Shown piece by piece: positions 35,985-38,478 of a stretch of DNA of 38,478 bases; position 1 is the first letter of the stretch, and every line of letters begins with the position of its first letter. Both the position numbers and the translations under genes were made by a program. Below the pieces are notes generated by a model. That model worked only from the letters and a program-made list of their open reading frames with translations. It did no database searches and was not told where the DNA came from. Origin of the DNA: Chiloscyllium plagiosum. Taxonomy: Eukaryota. The stretch is from assembly GCF_004010195.1 (NCBI RefSeq), contig NC_057718.1, forward strand, positions 64,145,110 through 64,183,587, read 5' to 3'.

Positions 35985-36760
35985 CCTGACATTCAGTGAT
36001 ATTATCAACACTGAATACCCCGGGATGACTTTGGACCAGAAACTGAACTGGATGAACTTGTAGCACGTGGCTAGAAAAGCAGGTCTGAGGCTGGAAATTC
36101 TATCTTGTGTAAATCACCTCCAACTTCTCCAAAAGCCTTCCTACCATCCACAAAGGCACAAGTAAGGAGTCTGAATGAACACTTAACACTTACCTGGATA
36201 AGTGTAGTGCCAACAACACTCAAGAAACTCAGCACCATTAAGAACAAAGCAGTCATCTTGATAGACAGAAAGTGAGGGCTGCAGATGCTGGAGATCAGGG
36301 CTGAAGAAGGGCTTATGCCCGAAACGTCAATTCTCCTGTTCCTTGGATGCTGCCTGACCTGCTGCGCTTTTCTAGCAACACATTTTCAGCATCTTGATAG
36401 ACAGGCCTTCTTCAGAATTCATTCAGTCTTCCTTTAGTGCACCTTTAGTATGTACCATCTATAAAGATTTACTGCAGCACTCAGCACTTTTTGAGCCTCC
36501 AGACTACCAGCTAGAAAAACATGAGCAGTAGCTGCACCTGAAAAACATCAACTCCTTTAAGTTCTTGTCCAACTATCACCCCAACCCAACTTAGAACTAT
36601 ATAATTGCTCCTTCACTATTGCTGGGTCAAAATCCTGACATTTCCTTTCTAATAGCACTTAGAAAGGACTGCACCAATTCAAAAAAGCAGCTTATCACCA
36701 CTCCTCAAGGGCAAATAACATTGGAGATGGCAATGATGCCCACATGCTAGGAATGACTAA
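35985..36760 (+). mobile_element. Decayed LINE 3' region (CR1/L2 group) interrupted by a PLE repeat
   Basis: gaccagaaactgaactgga..., ccaacaacactcaagaaactc...caccat...acaaagcag; reverse-complement similarity to 24400-24720. Confidence 0.65.
36269..36389 (+). mobile_element. Minimal PLE terminal-repeat insertion (family A): inverted tail plus one hammerhead-bearing arm
   Basis: Exact 15-bp TSD catcttgatagacag (36254-36268, 36390-36404). Core CTGAAGA-a-GGGC-ttat-GCCC-GAAA-CGTC at 36301-36328. Confidence 0.9.
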
Positions 36761-36922
36761 AGAAAAGGAGGAGCTATACACTATGATCATGTTCACAACC
36801 AGTGGTATTGTGCCTTTGCCAACTCAGCATCCATGGCTGCAGCAAGCAATAGGTCCCACTGAGGAGGTTCTTGCTGAACAGCTAGCATCTCAGTGTTCCA
36901 TTTGGAGGTTCAGGGAGCAGCT

Positions 36923-36924
<2 letters not shown>

Positions 36925-36954
<30 letters not shown>
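36925..36954. repeat. (GA)n microsatellite
   Basis: Directly visible. Confidence 0.98.
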
Positions 36955-36957
<3 letters not shown>

Positions 36958-38021
36958 CGTCCTACTAACAATCCATTACTACCACCCCAACTGTCCATCC
37001 TTCACTACACCTCTCTCATCCAGGAGCATGGTGACTGTTCATTCTCCATTGGAAACATCTGCTTGTTGAGACCCGTCAGCAAGAACACCTTCAGAATGAA
37101 CCACTAAAGAAAGAACTAAACAGTTGGAGAATCATAGCAACAGCCTGAAAAAATCAATCTGAACTGATGACAAATAATTGATAACTCCTTTCAGGTTGGA
37201 GGACCTTTATACTGATGAACATACGCTGAGCTATATGAGGAAAAGCAGAGTGTTAGTGGCAGCTCTGAGCTCCAAAGTAACTGTGCTGATGTCAAATCAA
37301 GTTCCCTGTGCACATGCTGTGCCACCTGTACCAATATAACATTTAATGTGACTCACTGCTTGAGTAAGTGTGCAAGCTGCAGCAAGTGATTTTAGATCCC
37401 TAACAGCATTGTGCCCAACATGTCTAATTCCCTGCCTTTAGTTTAATAACGCATTCAGGAATTTTTAAGCCTGAGACTATTCCTTTCTCCTTAACTATAT
37501 CCATTCTGCAAGATTGTCTGCTATGTTTACTCATGCAGTAACAGTGATGTACTTCAAAAAGTACTTTGTGGGTATGAAGTTTTTAGGATATGCTAAAAAT
37601 CAAATGAAGTGATTTCCATTCCCCTCCTAAAGGCATCAGAGTAGGTGGAGACAAATGTCCTCCTGCAGTCCAATGTCACATTAGAACCTAGACTGGTCAG
37701 CCATATCAAGTTTTTTCACTACCGAATACATGATCATTGAACCTAATCCTTTTCTCACTGTCACTCAGATTCAAACCAATTCACCATGTTTGCCAGCATT
37801 CTGGCTCCCCTTAATGCCACCCTGCTTGAAAAATAATTTGAGATACATCAGGATTTAATGCAGAATCTTTCCGATCTGTGCGGCTAAATTTCACACGAAC
37901 CAGCATGTTGATCAAAAAAGTCATCAGGAGAAACTCTTTCCTTGGCTTTACTTCTCTACATCATTGATAAGATACATATGGTGAATGTAAACATACATTT
38001 CTGGGTTTAGGGACACCTTTA

Positions 38022-38307
38022 AATCATAGAATCCCTAGTGGTGAAGCAGGCCATTTGGCCCATTGAGTCCATACCGACACTTTGAACAGCATCCCAACCA
38101 GATCCCCACTCTGCACTTCGTGTGCCTAATCCACCTGGCTGTAAAACCTTGGACACTTTGGGCAGTTTAGCATGGCTAATACACTTAAACTGCACATCTT
38201 TGGACTGTGGGAGGAAATTGGAGCACCCGGAGGACATGGGGAGAATGTGCAAACTCCATACAGAAAGTCATCCAAGTCTGGAATTGAACCCTGGTCCCTA
38301 GCAATTT
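38022..38307 (-). mobile_element. HE1-like SINE, interrupted near its 5' end
   Basis: Same family as the other copies; broken at ggtccctagcaatttgag. Confidence 0.85.
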
Positions 38308-38478
38308 GAGCTGAAAATGTGTTGCCGGAAAAGCGCAGCAGGTCAGGCAGCATCCAAAGAACAGGAGAATCGACGTTTCGGGCATAAGCCCTTCTTCAGG
38401 AATGAGGAAAGTGTGTCCAGCAGGCTAAGATAAAAGATAGGGAGGAGGGACTTGGGGGAGGGGCGTTGGAATTGCGAT
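38308..38478 (-). mobile_element. 3' end of a longer family A PLE pseudo-LTR, running off the window
   Basis: Matches 8030-8126, then continues with sequence absent from the other copies (aggaaagtgtgtccagcagg...). Intact minus-strand hammerhead core at ~38371-38399. Confidence 0.88.

Noticed and set aside
1..38478. CRISPR array or prokaryotic system
   Set aside because: No regularly spaced repeat-spacer array or operon-like ORFs; the sequence is eukaryotic and repeat-rich.

Overview
Repeat-rich, non-coding vertebrate DNA. The SINE, LINE and Penelope content points to a cartilaginous fish, probably a shark (inferred from recalled repeat families, no search run). No intact host gene or exon is supportable: the ORF track consists of decayed retroelement fragments and chance ORFs. 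The window holds many 5'-truncated CR1-type LINE fragments, a decayed Rex1/Babar-type LINE, tRNA-derived SINEs (HE1-like), a TA-flanked Tigger/pogo-like MITE, two spliced Myb/SANT relics of PIF/Harbinger type, a ~240-bp tandem duplication and a 422-N gap. The most striking signal is a set of Penelope-like element (PLE) terminal-repeat insertions from several families, each carrying a minimal hammerhead-ribozyme core (CTGANGA-stem II-GAAA-palindromic stem III). Several are ORF-less fold-back units with one architecture: TSD, a ~35-nt unpaired tail, an inverted arm, a direct arm, TSD.
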